In this document: piece by piece, positions 56,501 to 64,000 of the stretch
Layout of the letters: each line of letters begins with the position of its first letter
Position numbering within the stretch: the first letter of the stretch is position 1
DNA from: an uncultured Anaerolineaceae bacterium
GTDB taxonomy: Bacteria > Chloroflexota > Limnocylindria > Limnocylindrales > CSP1-4
Length of the DNA stretch: 64,000 bases
Assembly (NCBI GenBank): GCA_964427285.1
Contig: CAYRTS010000003.1
Location: forward strand, 13,737 to 77,736
Direction: 5' to 3'
Notes under the pieces: model-generated
The model's database searches: none
The model's input: the letters and a program-made list of their open reading frames with translations, nothing else
What the model was told of the DNA's origin: nothing
Position numbers and translations under genes: made by a program

Positions 56501-56833
56501 GACGACGCGTTGCGGGGTCGCTGGTTCGCGACCATGCCCCAATCCGAGATCGCCGAGTTGGTGGGCGGGGTCGAGGCGGCCCGGCTCGCCTACCGGACAT
56601 CCCCGCTCATGGTGGCCCACGGCAGCCTGCCCACCGCGTCGATCGAGCTGAACCCCGAGGAGCAGCGGCTCCTTCGCCTCATGACTGAATCGCATACGGA
56701 CTCCGAGATGGCGACCACGCTTGGCGTCAGCGAGGAGCAGGTCGTGCGGCAGCTGGGAGAAGTGATGGCCAGGCTCAATGCCCCGTCGCGAGCCACCGCG
56801 GCCGCGTTTGCCCTGATCCAGCGATTGGTCTGA
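53597..56833 (+). CDS. Large ATP-binding LuxR-family (LAL/MalT-like) regulator
   Basis: ATG at 53597 follows GGAGG. Walker A GEPGIGKTRL and Walker B IVLDDLQWAD, a long helical/TPR-like middle region, and a C-terminal LuxR HTH (EEQRLLRLMTESHTDSEMATTLGVSEEQVVRQL). Confidence 0.85.
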   Translation: MALADEPGVAVAVRSSVTLCPLAMQARGSGERLVGRPIELAAIRQELATAASGKFACVTLEGEPGIGKTRLLMAALDLVAAEGFIPAAVAADEELRGPFLLARSIFGCQAIQELPAASPAGSAVRRALDAIAGRDDPSLAGLPADDKLLRTYDLAAVAIAELAAVRPLAIVLDDLQWADEDSLRLLRYVIRSAAGSRILLLIALRPEETAGYNELVTLVADMERLGFLRRLRLHRFTPAETADFLRLVLGGDVNPLSGATVHGQAEGVPFIVEELAKAYREAGMIRPVDGVWTLARNASRIVPAAVQTLIHRRAARLPDATKALLADAGILGRSFSLRDLRAVSDQLGGSAVDGADLTELLAPAIAAGLLMRYPEGSAADYAFPHEQVRDFVVSSLPTTRRRRLHGAIVELLSGAGEPSPESLPMLAHHARAAGNAELSAQFAIEAAKTALARNAPEEVIRSVELGLPVIIEPRDRVTLLLLRDEALGMLHRSGERLDALAEVSALADALRDPSLTLRLMLRRSAALRDSSDEETAADVAREVRRRAQAMKDRHLELAADLELGQALLRSPLGEAFVPVITEIDADGAGEAFESAVELARALGDDRSLAAASRELGVVAMARVRAAFIDTVLSGALPQDVLLNGPLAVVYKEAVGRFQQAIELYDRLGDRHGLMSSILGLAYATWGAEFVFSGAIRRLDELRRLTNRMSTLATESERNLAELQLLYGIHVYAREFGDPDLSLSRGEEAYRRARALGDRTVEFLAAGGMALARLQVGGVAEAEDWLRRAAEAASAAPTPLKARRLESWRGRWAGVTGQTAEMRKHLARAVELAVEQGLPAARCEAMARLAIEAARLGSQERDSELLAVAEGAAQEAIELAASLPGHPPWRAQANAALTYVHLARNEPDAALQSARSAVADFFESEQAEMFLEIWLPCARVILPLGTEDEAAAIRGRLQILLGGVAEHTLDDALRGRWFATMPQSEIAELVGGVEAARLAYRTSPLMVAHGSLPTASIELNPEEQRLLRLMTESHTDSEMATTLGVSEEQVVRQLGEVMARLNAPSRATAAAFALIQRLV

Positions 56834-56838
56834 CGCGG

Positions 56839-57573
56839 ATGCTTACCGTTCGCGTCGACCGTACCCGCTGCATCGGCGCCGGCAATTGCATCCACGTCGC
56901 ACCGACCGCGTTTGACTGGCTCAAGGGCGATCACGGCAAGGCCGAGGTGGTCGATCCGACGAGCGTTGAGGAGGAGCTCGTCCGTGAGGCGGCCTTCGTG
57001 TGTCCCACCCAGGCCATCACCGTCGAAGTCGTGGAGGAACTTCTCCCCTGGCAGCTTCGCCAGCGTAGCCAGGTGACCCGACGGGTGGTCAAGACCTTCA
57101 TGTTCACCGACATCGTGGGCTCCACCAACCTGCTCGAGATGCTCGGTGACGAGGCCTGGAACGACCTGCTTCGCTGGCACAATGAGACCCTGCGCGGCCT
57201 GTTCGTCAGCTTCGAGGGCGACGAGGTGGCGGCCACCGGCGACGGCTTTTTCGTGGGCTTCGACTCCCCCGATGCCGCCCTCGCCTGTGCGGTCGCCGTT
57301 CAGCGAACGCTGCTTGAGCACCGCCAGAAGCACGGGTTCGCGCCACAGGTGCGCATCGGCGTCCACGCCTCGGGCGCGACCCAGGTCGGGCGCAACTTCC
57401 AGGGCAAGGGGGTGCACGAGGCCGCCAGGATCGCGGCGCTGGCCGAGGGCGGCCAGATCCTCGCGAGCCAGGAGACGGCGACCGGCGGCCGCTATCCCGC
57501 CGGGGATCCGCGAACCGTCACCCTCAAGGGAATCTCGGCGCCGATGGAGATCGTCACGATCGGCTGGCGGTGA
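56839..57573 (+). CDS. Ferredoxin (single-cluster Fer4) fused to a class III nucleotidyl cyclase domain
   Basis: The N-terminal VRVDRTRCIGAGNCIHVAPTAF...AAFVCPTQAI is a small-ferredoxin pattern. Cyclase motifs follow: FMFTDIVGST, TGDGFFVGF, RIGVHASG and GVHEAARI. The gene starts 6 nt after the LAL regulator stop. Confidence 0.8.
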   Translation: MLTVRVDRTRCIGAGNCIHVAPTAFDWLKGDHGKAEVVDPTSVEEELVREAAFVCPTQAITVEVVEELLPWQLRQRSQVTRRVVKTFMFTDIVGSTNLLEMLGDEAWNDLLRWHNETLRGLFVSFEGDEVAATGDGFFVGFDSPDAALACAVAVQRTLLEHRQKHGFAPQVRIGVHASGATQVGRNFQGKGVHEAARIAALAEGGQILASQETATGGRYPAGDPRTVTLKGISAPMEIVTIGWR

Positions 57574-57622
57574 CTCGGGGACGGGTCGCCGGTCACGTCC
57601 AGGAATCGAAAGGATGCGACGC

Positions 57623-58987
57623 ATGAGCGAGGACGTTCCGGCGGGACTGCGTGGGCCACTCGCGCACGTCCTGGAGGTCCGGGGGGCGAAGCGGACCGGC
57701 CTGCACGTTGGGCTCGAGCACCGGGAAGCGCTCGTCTACACCCTCGGCAAGGCGGCCGAGCTCGAGCACCTGATCATGCTGCAGTACCTGTTCGCAGCGT
57801 TCTCGCTGAAGCAGACGGTCGGCGAGGGACTGTCTGCGGAGACGCTGCCCGCGGTCCAGCGCTGGCGCAAGACGTTGCTGCAGATCGGCGAGCAGGAGAT
57901 GCTCCACCTGGCGATCGTCCAGAACCTCCTGACGGCCGTGGGCGCGGCCCCCCGCCTGACCCGCCCGAACTTCCCGCTTCCGGCTCACGCCTACCCGGCG
58001 GGCGTCCGGATCGAATTGCTGCCGTTCGGTGAGGCTGCGCTGCGCCACTTCGCCTTCCTCGAGCGGCCGGAGGGGCTTGCCGTCGACGACGCCGAGGGCT
58101 TCGAGGCCCTGGGCCGGGCAATCGCCCTGCCCCTCGACCAGGCGGACGAGATCGTGCCGCAGCTGCAGGAGTTCGACACGATCGGCCAGCTTTACCGGTC
58201 GATCCAGGCCGGCCTGGAGCACCTGGACGACAAGCTAGGCTCCGCGCGGCTGTTCATCGGGCCGCCCAATGCCCAGGCGACCGCCGAACACTTTCGGTGG
58301 ACAGAGCTCGTGGCCGTGACGGACCTTGCATCGGCGCAGCGGGCGATCGACACGATCGTCGAGCAGGGCGAGGGCGCCCGCGGCGAGTGGCGGAACGCAC
58401 ACTTCGGGATGCTCCTGGGGATCCTCGAGGAGTACCTCGCGATCCGCCGGCTGGATCCGGGGTTCGAGCCCACCCGGCCAGTCGTGGCGGCCAATGTCCG
58501 GCCGCAGGCCACCGGTGCCAGCATGCCGCTCATCACCGATCCGGGCACGGTTCGCTGCATGGACCTCCTCAACGTCACCTATGAGGTCCTGCTCCAGGTC
58601 CTCTCCCGCTATTTCGCCCACACGGACGAAACGCCAGAGCAGCTCCGGGTCCTGGCCGACGTGTCGGTCGGCCTGATGTATGCCGCGATCAAGCCGCTCG
58701 GGAACGTCGTCACGACGCAGCCTGTCGGGGCGGACCTGCCGGGCGTGATGGCGGGCCCGGGTTTCGAGCTTTTCTACCAGGTCGACTATCTGCTCCCGCA
58801 CCGCGAGGCCGCATGGATCGTGATGGAGGAACGGCTCCGTGAGGCGGCGGCGTTCGCCGTCCGCTGCGGTCAGGCCTGCACGATCGCCCTCATGGAGCCG
58901 CTGGCCAAGGTTGCCCGCTCGCTCGAGAAGTACGCCGACATGCTCGCGGCCGCGGGTATCAGCGAAGAGGTGTCAGGCCCCCTGTGA
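57623..58987 (+). CDS. Ferritin-like domain protein (VioB N-terminal-domain type), function unknown
   Basis: Trimmed to the ATG at 57623 (alternative 57614). AAELEHLIMLQYLFAAFSL...GEQEMLHLAIVQNLLTAVG resembles paired ExxH-type helices of ferritin-like proteins. Confidence 0.6.
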   Translation: MSEDVPAGLRGPLAHVLEVRGAKRTGLHVGLEHREALVYTLGKAAELEHLIMLQYLFAAFSLKQTVGEGLSAETLPAVQRWRKTLLQIGEQEMLHLAIVQNLLTAVGAAPRLTRPNFPLPAHAYPAGVRIELLPFGEAALRHFAFLERPEGLAVDDAEGFEALGRAIALPLDQADEIVPQLQEFDTIGQLYRSIQAGLEHLDDKLGSARLFIGPPNAQATAEHFRWTELVAVTDLASAQRAIDTIVEQGEGARGEWRNAHFGMLLGILEEYLAIRRLDPGFEPTRPVVAANVRPQATGASMPLITDPGTVRCMDLLNVTYEVLLQVLSRYFAHTDETPEQLRVLADVSVGLMYAAIKPLGNVVTTQPVGADLPGVMAGPGFELFYQVDYLLPHREAAWIVMEERLREAAAFAVRCGQACTIALMEPLAKVARSLEKYADMLAAAGISEEVSGPL

Positions 58988-59221
58988 GACCTCGTAGAGG
59001 GTGTGTGCCTCGAGCCCATGGGCTTCGCGATGCACCTTTGTGGCCGTCTCCCGGTCCGGCGCGTCGACGAGGCAGAAGACTTTGCCCGCGTCCTCGTCCA
59101 CCCAGTAGTGCTTGTAGTTGACGCCGTACTTGCCCTGGACTCGAACGTCGGCTTCGTGCGCTCCGACCACGTCCGCGGCCTTTACGCCGGGAATATCGTG
59201 CACGTCCATGTACGTGGGCAT
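58973..59221 (-). CDS. DUF4242 (SCO4226-like) small protein
   Basis: MPTYMDVHDIPGVKAADVVGAHEADVRVQGKYGVNYKHYWVDEDAGKVFCLVDAP is the DUF4242 pattern. Its 3' end overlaps the ferritin-like gene's 3' end by 15 nt. Confidence 0.8.
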   Translation of the reverse strand: MPTYMDVHDIPGVKAADVVGAHEADVRVQGKYGVNYKHYWVDEDAGKVFCLVDAPDRETATKVHREAHGLEAHTLYEVSQGA

Positions 59222-59381
59222 TGGGTACCTCCGAGCCGGTGCGACCGCCTTGGGCGCATCTCCGGGATTCTGTCACGTCGGTCAACTACGCGCGGGCAGC
59301 CTGGAGTCATCGGGCGGCTCCGGGCCGCAAGGCAGATTGAGGATGCGCCATCATCCGGCCCGTGGCTGAGGATCACGGCAG

Positions 59382-60536
59382 ATGAGTCAGGCTCGCTCCG
59401 ATGTCGTCGTGATTGGCGGCGGGATCGTCGGCACGGCGGCGGCGGCGTTCCTGGCGGAAGCGGGCGCGCGGGTCACCCTCATCGAGCGGGAAGGGCTCGC
59501 GTCGGGCGCCTCGGGCGCAAATTCGGGCGTCGTCCAGCATCCGTTCGATCCCGTGCTCGCTGCCCTCTACCGCGAGACGATCGGCCTCTACCGAGAGCTG
59601 GCGACCGCGGACCTTGGGTTCCGTCTCGGCGCTGAGCCAGCCGGGCTGCTGTACGTCTCGACCGACGAGGCGGCCGTTCGAAGCGTTGACCGTTCGCTCG
59701 CCGACACCTTTCCCGAGCTGACTCGCGACGTTGTCTCCGGGCCCGCACTCGAGCGTCTCGACCCTGCCGTCGCTCCGGGTATTCACGCCTGCCGTGTCGG
59801 GATCGGGTACCCGGTCTACCCCGGCGCCTCGACGTATGCCTACGCGACTCTCGCGGAGCGCCGCGGCGTCCAGATCCGGCTGGGACGAACGGCCCGGTTG
59901 GTCAATCGAGGGGACGACGTCACAGGCGTCGTCGTGGACGGACACGTCCTGCCGTGCGACGCGGTCCTCGTGGCGGCTGGCCCATGGGCGCCCGAGCTGA
60001 TTGACCCGACCGGTCACTGGCGACCGATTCGACCTCGCTGGGGAGTCGTCGTGGAGGTGGAACTCACTGACGGGCCCACCCATGTCCTCGAAGGAGCCGA
60101 GATCAAGGCGATGGTTGATACCCCACTGTCCGCGCCCGGAACGGGAACCGGCGACGCCGATGACCTCGTCGACTTCAGCCTCGTGCCGCTGCCGGGGCTC
60201 GCCACGGTCGGGTCCACGTCGCTCGCCGCCCAGCCCGACCCGTCCGCCTGGGTCGAGCGGATCCTCAGCCGCGCAGCGACGTTCGTGCCGCGCGTCGCCG
60301 ATGCCCCAATCCGCGGTGCACGCGCCTGTGCCCGACCCCAGAGTGCGGACGGCAGGCCGCTCGTGGGGCGGGTCCCGGGCCGTCCCGGACTGTTCATCTG
60401 CGCCGGCCACGGGTCATGGGGCATCTCGACTGGTCCTGCCTCGGCGCGCCTCGTGGTCGATGAGATCCTCGGGCGCGGGCCGGGCATCTCTCCCGATCTC
60501 GATCCCGCCAGGTTCGGGGCGCCAGCAGCGTTATGA
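59382..60536 (+). CDS. FAD-dependent oxidoreductase (DAO/glycine-oxidase family)
   Basis: VVVIGGGIVGTAAAAFLAEAG dinucleotide fold and the C-terminal GHGSWGIS motif. Confidence 0.8.
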   Translation: MSQARSDVVVIGGGIVGTAAAAFLAEAGARVTLIEREGLASGASGANSGVVQHPFDPVLAALYRETIGLYRELATADLGFRLGAEPAGLLYVSTDEAAVRSVDRSLADTFPELTRDVVSGPALERLDPAVAPGIHACRVGIGYPVYPGASTYAYATLAERRGVQIRLGRTARLVNRGDDVTGVVVDGHVLPCDAVLVAAGPWAPELIDPTGHWRPIRPRWGVVVEVELTDGPTHVLEGAEIKAMVDTPLSAPGTGTGDADDLVDFSLVPLPGLATVGSTSLAAQPDPSAWVERILSRAATFVPRVADAPIRGARACARPQSADGRPLVGRVPGRPGLFICAGHGSWGISTGPASARLVVDEILGRGPGISPDLDPARFGAPAAL

Positions 60537-61208
60537 GCGACCGAATACCAGCAGGATGTTGTCCCGGTTCAGGATGAGATCGCCAACGCCCACGGCGACC
60601 AGTAGGATCCCGCCGATGACCTCGATCGTGCGGTGCCGGCTGGCGATGAAGCGAACGATCTGCTCGCGCCGCGCCCCGGCCAGGAGCGACAACAGGACGA
60701 GCGGCAGCCCGAATCCGAGGCCATACGCGAGGAACGTCGCGATCCGCGGCAGGATCTCAGCCAAGCCGACCGAGTAGGCGATCAGCGAGAGCGCGAAGGC
60801 TCCGGCGCAGGGCAGCGCAAGCGGACCGAGCATCAGCCCATACAGGTACGCCTGCGCGAACGGGTTGGCGACGAGCGGGACGCTGGTGCCCGGCAGTCGC
60901 TCGAACGGGTTGCGACCGGCCACGAGCAGGAGTCCGAGGACGATGAGCAGCCCGTCCACGAACGGGATGAGATAGCCAAGCAATGCGCCGATCGGGATCG
61001 CGACGATCACCAGGACGACCGCCACCGCGAGCATGGTGCTGAGGACGCCGGCCAGGATGAGGAGACCAAGCAACCCGGTCCCCCGCCGGCCGGTCAGGGC
61101 TGCGGAATTGGCCGAGAGGTAGGTCAGGAAGCTCGGGTAGAGCGGCAGCAGGCAGGGGCTTGCCGCACTGCCAAGGCCCAGGGTGAACGCCAGCCAGAGG
61201 CCGTCCAG
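60531..61208 (-). CDS. ccdA: Cytochrome c biogenesis / thiol-disulfide transporter CcdA (DsbD family); start codon unresolved
   Basis: The track ORF begins at the TTG at 61073. The same frame upstream reads LDGLWLAFTLGLGSAASPCLLPLYPSFLTYLS, the conserved first TM with the essential Cys. The second conserved Cys context is LALPCAG. The only start-like codon upstream is CTG at 61208. Confidence 0.7.
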   Translation of the reverse strand: MDGLWLAFTLGLGSAASPCLLPLYPSFLTYLSANSAALTGRRGTGLLGLLILAGVLSTMLAVAVVLVIVAIPIGALLGYLIPFVDGLLIVLGLLLVAGRNPFERLPGTSVPLVANPFAQAYLYGLMLGPLALPCAGAFALSLIAYSVGLAEILPRIATFLAYGLGFGLPLVLLSLLAGARREQIVRFIASRHRTIEVIGGILLVAVGVGDLILNRDNILLVFGRS

Positions 61209-61209
61209 G

Positions 61210-61881
61210 TCAGGCGCCGTGTGCTTCGGCCAGGGCGACGATCTCGTCCGGACTCTTGTGTCCGTACTCGGTGAGCGTCACCTGGCCGTCCGTTCCGACG
61301 ATCGCGATCGGAGTCGAGGGTGGGTTGAGGAACTGATCGCCGAAGTCGGCAGCGAGCGCGCGCCCCACATCGTTCCCGGCGATGGCGTAGCGGCCGTCAA
61401 AGCCGTTCCGCTCGCGGTATGCGGCGAGGCTGGCCGCGTCTTCGTTCGGGTCGACATCGAGCACGACATAGACGACCGAGTCGGCTGGCAGCCGCCCGAG
61501 GGCGGTCATGACGTCGCCCTGCTGGGCACGGCAGTTGGAGCACCAGATCGCCATCGATTCGATGAGAATCACCTTGCCGGCATGATCCGCGATCCGGAAC
61601 GTCTCGCCGGTCGACACGTCCACGAGCGGAGCGGTCGCCCAGGCCTGCGCCAGGACCACGGCGGGGGCGGTGCTCGGTGGGACGGCACCGGGTGCGGCCG
61701 TTGTCGGCGCCGTCGTCGGCGCCAACGAAGCGGAAGGGGATGTGGGTGCCGCTGCGCTGGTTGCCGCGGGCACAGGGGTGGCAACGGGCTCCGGTGCCGC
61801 TTGACCAGCGCAAGCCGCGACGACTAGGAGCATGGCGATCGTCGGCGCGATCCGGGCGATGACCGGGAATCGAGTCAGCAT
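61210..61881 (-). CDS. TlpA/ResA-like thioredoxin-fold lipoprotein (redoxin)
   Basis: Lipobox LLVVAAC, a Pro/Ala/Thr-rich linker, and a thioredoxin fold with WCSNC. Alternative ATG at 61899. Confidence 0.8.
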   Translation of the reverse strand: MLTRFPVIARIAPTIAMLLVVAACAGQAAPEPVATPVPAATSAAAPTSPSASLAPTTAPTTAAPGAVPPSTAPAVVLAQAWATAPLVDVSTGETFRIADHAGKVILIESMAIWCSNCRAQQGDVMTALGRLPADSVVYVVLDVDPNEDAASLAAYRERNGFDGRYAIAGNDVGRALAADFGDQFLNPPSTPIAIVGTDGQVTLTEYGHKSPDEIVALAEAHGA

Positions 61882-62005
61882 CCGCACATCTTGCGTCAAT
61901 CAGATGACCGTTCGATGTCACGACGGGAACGGCGTTCGATGCGGCCGCTTCCTGCGGTACCCTCGCCTCCTCGAGTCGCGCAGGAGCCGTGGGTGATCCG
62001 ATCGA

Positions 62006-63997
62006 ATGACTGATTCCTCGTCGGCGCGGCCATTCCCTCGCCTGTTCGAGCCGCTTCGGATCGGGAGCGTGACCCTGCGCAACCGGATCGTGTCGTCGGG
62101 CCATGACACGGTGATGGCCGCCGACGGGATGGTTACCGAGCAATTGATCGCCTACCAGGCGGCTCGGGCTGCCGGCGGGGTCGGGTTGATCGTGGTCCAG
62201 GTGGCGGGCGTCCACGAGACGGCGCGCTACACGTCGCACATCCTGATGGCGACCGAGGACGCCTGCATCCCCGGCTACCGTCGACTCGCTCAGGTCGTCC
62301 ACGGCCACGGCAGCGCGATCGTCGGCCAGCTGTTCCATGACGGTCGGGAGCTGATGGAGTCTCCTGATGGCACACTCCCGGTCGCCCTCGCGCCGTCGGC
62401 CGTGCCCAACGAGCGGTTCCACGTCATGCCGCGGGCCATACCCATCCCGCTGATCGAGGAGATCCGGGCCGGGTACGCCTCAGCGGCACGCCGACTGTGC
62501 CAGGCCGGACTTGATGGGGTCGAGGTCGTGGCCAGCCATGGCTATCTGCCAGCCCAGTTCCTCAACCCGCGGGTCAACCTGCGAACGGACCAATATGGCG
62601 GCAGCGCCGAGAACCGGCTCCGGTTCCTGCGCGAGACGATCGCTGGGATCCGGGCAGAGATTGGACGCGAGCCGGTGGTCGGGCTACGCATCTCGATCGA
62701 CGAAATTACGCCCGAGGGCCTCACCCCCGACGATGTCCTGCCGGCCCTGGCGACGCTCGACGCCGACGGCCTCCTCGATTACGTGAGCGTCGTTGCGGGG
62801 ACCTCGGCGACGCTCGCGGGATCGGGCCATATCGTCCCGCCGATGACCTGGCCCAATGCCTACACGGCGCCGCTCGCCGCGAAGGCGAAGTCGGTCGTGT
62901 CGGTCCCGGTCATCGTGGCCGGCCGGATCAACCAGCCCCAGGAGGCCGAACGGATCCTGGAACTGGGGCAGGCCGATGCGTGCGCCATGACCCGGGCGCT
63001 GATCTGCGACCCGCTCCTGCCGGTCAAGGCCGCCGATGGTCGAACCGACGAGATCCGCGCCTGTGTCGGCTGCAACCAGGCGTGCATCGGGCACTTCCAC
63101 GCCGGCTACCCGATCTCGTGCATCCAGTACCCGGAAAGCGGGCGCGAGCTCGACTTCCCGGAGGCAGCGCCGAGGACGCACGCCCTCGCGCGAACGGTCA
63201 TGGTCGTCGGAGGCGGTCCCGGTGGCCTGAAGGCCGCGACCGTCGCCGCCGAGCGCGGCCACCGAGTGACCCTGTACGAGGCGGCCCGGCGGGTTGGCGG
63301 CCAGGTCCTCCTCGCAGAACGGGTCCCCGATCGCGCGGAATTCGGGGGTGTCGTGACCAATCTCCTGGGCGAGGCGGAACGCGCCGGCGTCCAGATCGTC
63401 ACCGGCACCACCGTCGACCTCGACCTTGTCAGGCGTGAGCACCCAGACGTGGTGATCGTTGCGACCGGCGCTGGGCCTCGCCGACCGCCGATCGAGCTGA
63501 CCGGAGCGCCGATCGTGCTCGATGCGTGGGAGGTTCTGCGCGGGGCGCAGGTCCCCGACGGGCGAATCGTGGTCGCCGACTGGCGGTGCGACTGGGTCGG
63601 CCTGGGGATGGCGCAGCTCCTCGCCGAGCGCGGCCGGAAGGTCACCCTGGGCGTGGACGGGTACATGCCCGGGCAACGCATCCAGCAGTACGTCCGCGAC
63701 GCGATGATCGCGGCCGTGACCCGGGCCGGTGTCGATGTGCGACCACTCGTCCGCCTGTTTGGTTATGACGGATCGGCGGTCTTCTTCCAGCACGTGCTCA
63801 CAGGCGAAGCCGTCATCGTGGAGGATGCGGCCGCACTGGTGCTGGCCCAGGGGCATGACCCGGTCGATGGCCTGCTGATAGCCCTGGAGGCCCCGGGCGC
63901 GTTTGACGGGGAGGTCCACGGGATCGGCGACTGCCTCTCGCCCCGGACCGTGGAGGAGGCGGTTCTCGAAGGGCTCAGGGTGGCCAGCGCCCTCTGA
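62006..63997 (+). CDS. NADH:flavin oxidoreductase (OYE-like) fused to an FAD/NAD(P)-binding domain (FadH / 2,4-dienoyl-CoA reductase-type)
   Basis: OYE N-terminus LRIGSVTLRNRIV...GVEVVASHGYLPAQFL...RTDQYGGS. Fe-S motif CVGCNQACIGH. The second half has VMVVGGGPGGLKAA. Confidence 0.85.
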   Translation: MTDSSSARPFPRLFEPLRIGSVTLRNRIVSSGHDTVMAADGMVTEQLIAYQAARAAGGVGLIVVQVAGVHETARYTSHILMATEDACIPGYRRLAQVVHGHGSAIVGQLFHDGRELMESPDGTLPVALAPSAVPNERFHVMPRAIPIPLIEEIRAGYASAARRLCQAGLDGVEVVASHGYLPAQFLNPRVNLRTDQYGGSAENRLRFLRETIAGIRAEIGREPVVGLRISIDEITPEGLTPDDVLPALATLDADGLLDYVSVVAGTSATLAGSGHIVPPMTWPNAYTAPLAAKAKSVVSVPVIVAGRINQPQEAERILELGQADACAMTRALICDPLLPVKAADGRTDEIRACVGCNQACIGHFHAGYPISCIQYPESGRELDFPEAAPRTHALARTVMVVGGGPGGLKAATVAAERGHRVTLYEAARRVGGQVLLAERVPDRAEFGGVVTNLLGEAERAGVQIVTGTTVDLDLVRREHPDVVIVATGAGPRRPPIELTGAPIVLDAWEVLRGAQVPDGRIVVADWRCDWVGLGMAQLLAERGRKVTLGVDGYMPGQRIQQYVRDAMIAAVTRAGVDVRPLVRLFGYDGSAVFFQHVLTGEAVIVEDAAALVLAQGHDPVDGLLIALEAPGAFDGEVHGIGDCLSPRTVEEAVLEGLRVASAL

Positions 63998-64000
63998 AGC

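Noticed and set aside
59222-59381. Riboswitch (glycine or TPP) upstream of the DAO-family oxidase
   Set aside because: I could not find the conserved cores (for example CUGAGA...ACCUGAUCUGGAUAAUGCCAGCG for TPP, or the GGAGAG/CACCG glycine motifs).
61900-62005. Direct repeat CGTTCGATG x2 and a small hairpin (CCGTTC...GAACGG) between the redoxin gene and the FadH-like gene
   Set aside because: Short, imperfect and unreplicated elsewhere in the window. It could be chance in GC-rich spacer.

Overview
This is a very GC-rich, densely coding bacterial chromosomal segment; codon third positions are almost all G/C. The gene content looks actinobacterial or Chloroflexota-like: an F420-type LLM oxidoreductase, a CoxSML-like molybdoenzyme, a PspC/LiaF stress module and many class III cyclase domains. 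I cannot assign taxonomy from sequence alone. All calls rest on reading the supplied ORF translations for motifs and domain order; no searches were run. I support about 60 CDS, one tRNA-Gly(CCC), three gene remnants, one clear intrinsic terminator, five copies of a LacI-type operator and one short tandem repeat. I saw no rRNA, CRISPR array, transposase or integrase.

Layout:
- 0.2-5.3 kb: membrane protein, Usp, zinc-ribbon adenylate cyclase, and tRNA-Gly bracketed by two VapBC modules.
- 5.3-9.6 kb: operon of a REC-TrxR-like fusion, a cNMP-binding histidine kinase and a DUF2652-START protein.
- 10.1-13.7 kb: LiaF-like/PspC/HisKA_3 kinase/LuxR regulator envelope-stress module.
- 13.8-16.9 kb: DMGDH-like enzyme and a class II aldolase.
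- 17.3-20.4 kb: cyclase remnant, vWA-FN3 surface protein, MazEF and a coxS remnant.
- 20.4-48.8 kb: large LacI-controlled cyclitol-type metabolic supercluster. It holds iolB, iolD, an iolE-like gene, four Gfo/Idh/MocA genes, two DegT aminotransferases, two Zn-ADHs, a PotABCD-like importer, an HpcH aldolase and a CehA-like hydrolase.
- 48.8-53.4 kb: LLM oxidoreductase plus a CoxSML-like enzyme.
- 53.6-60.5 kb: LAL regulator, ferredoxin-cyclase fusion, ferritin-like protein, DUF4242 and an FAD oxidase.
- 60.5-64 kb: CcdA, a TlpA-like redoxin and a FadH/OYE flavoenzyme.

Best candidates for something undescribed:
1. The cyclitol cluster. Its content (transaminases, an amine-type importer, no iolC/iolJ/iolA) suggests aminocyclitol utilisation or a non-phosphorylative inositol route.
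2. The cNMP-gated two-component system, whose output is a cysteine-less TrxR-like flavoprotein.
3. The ferredoxin-cyclase fusion with substituted catalytic residues.
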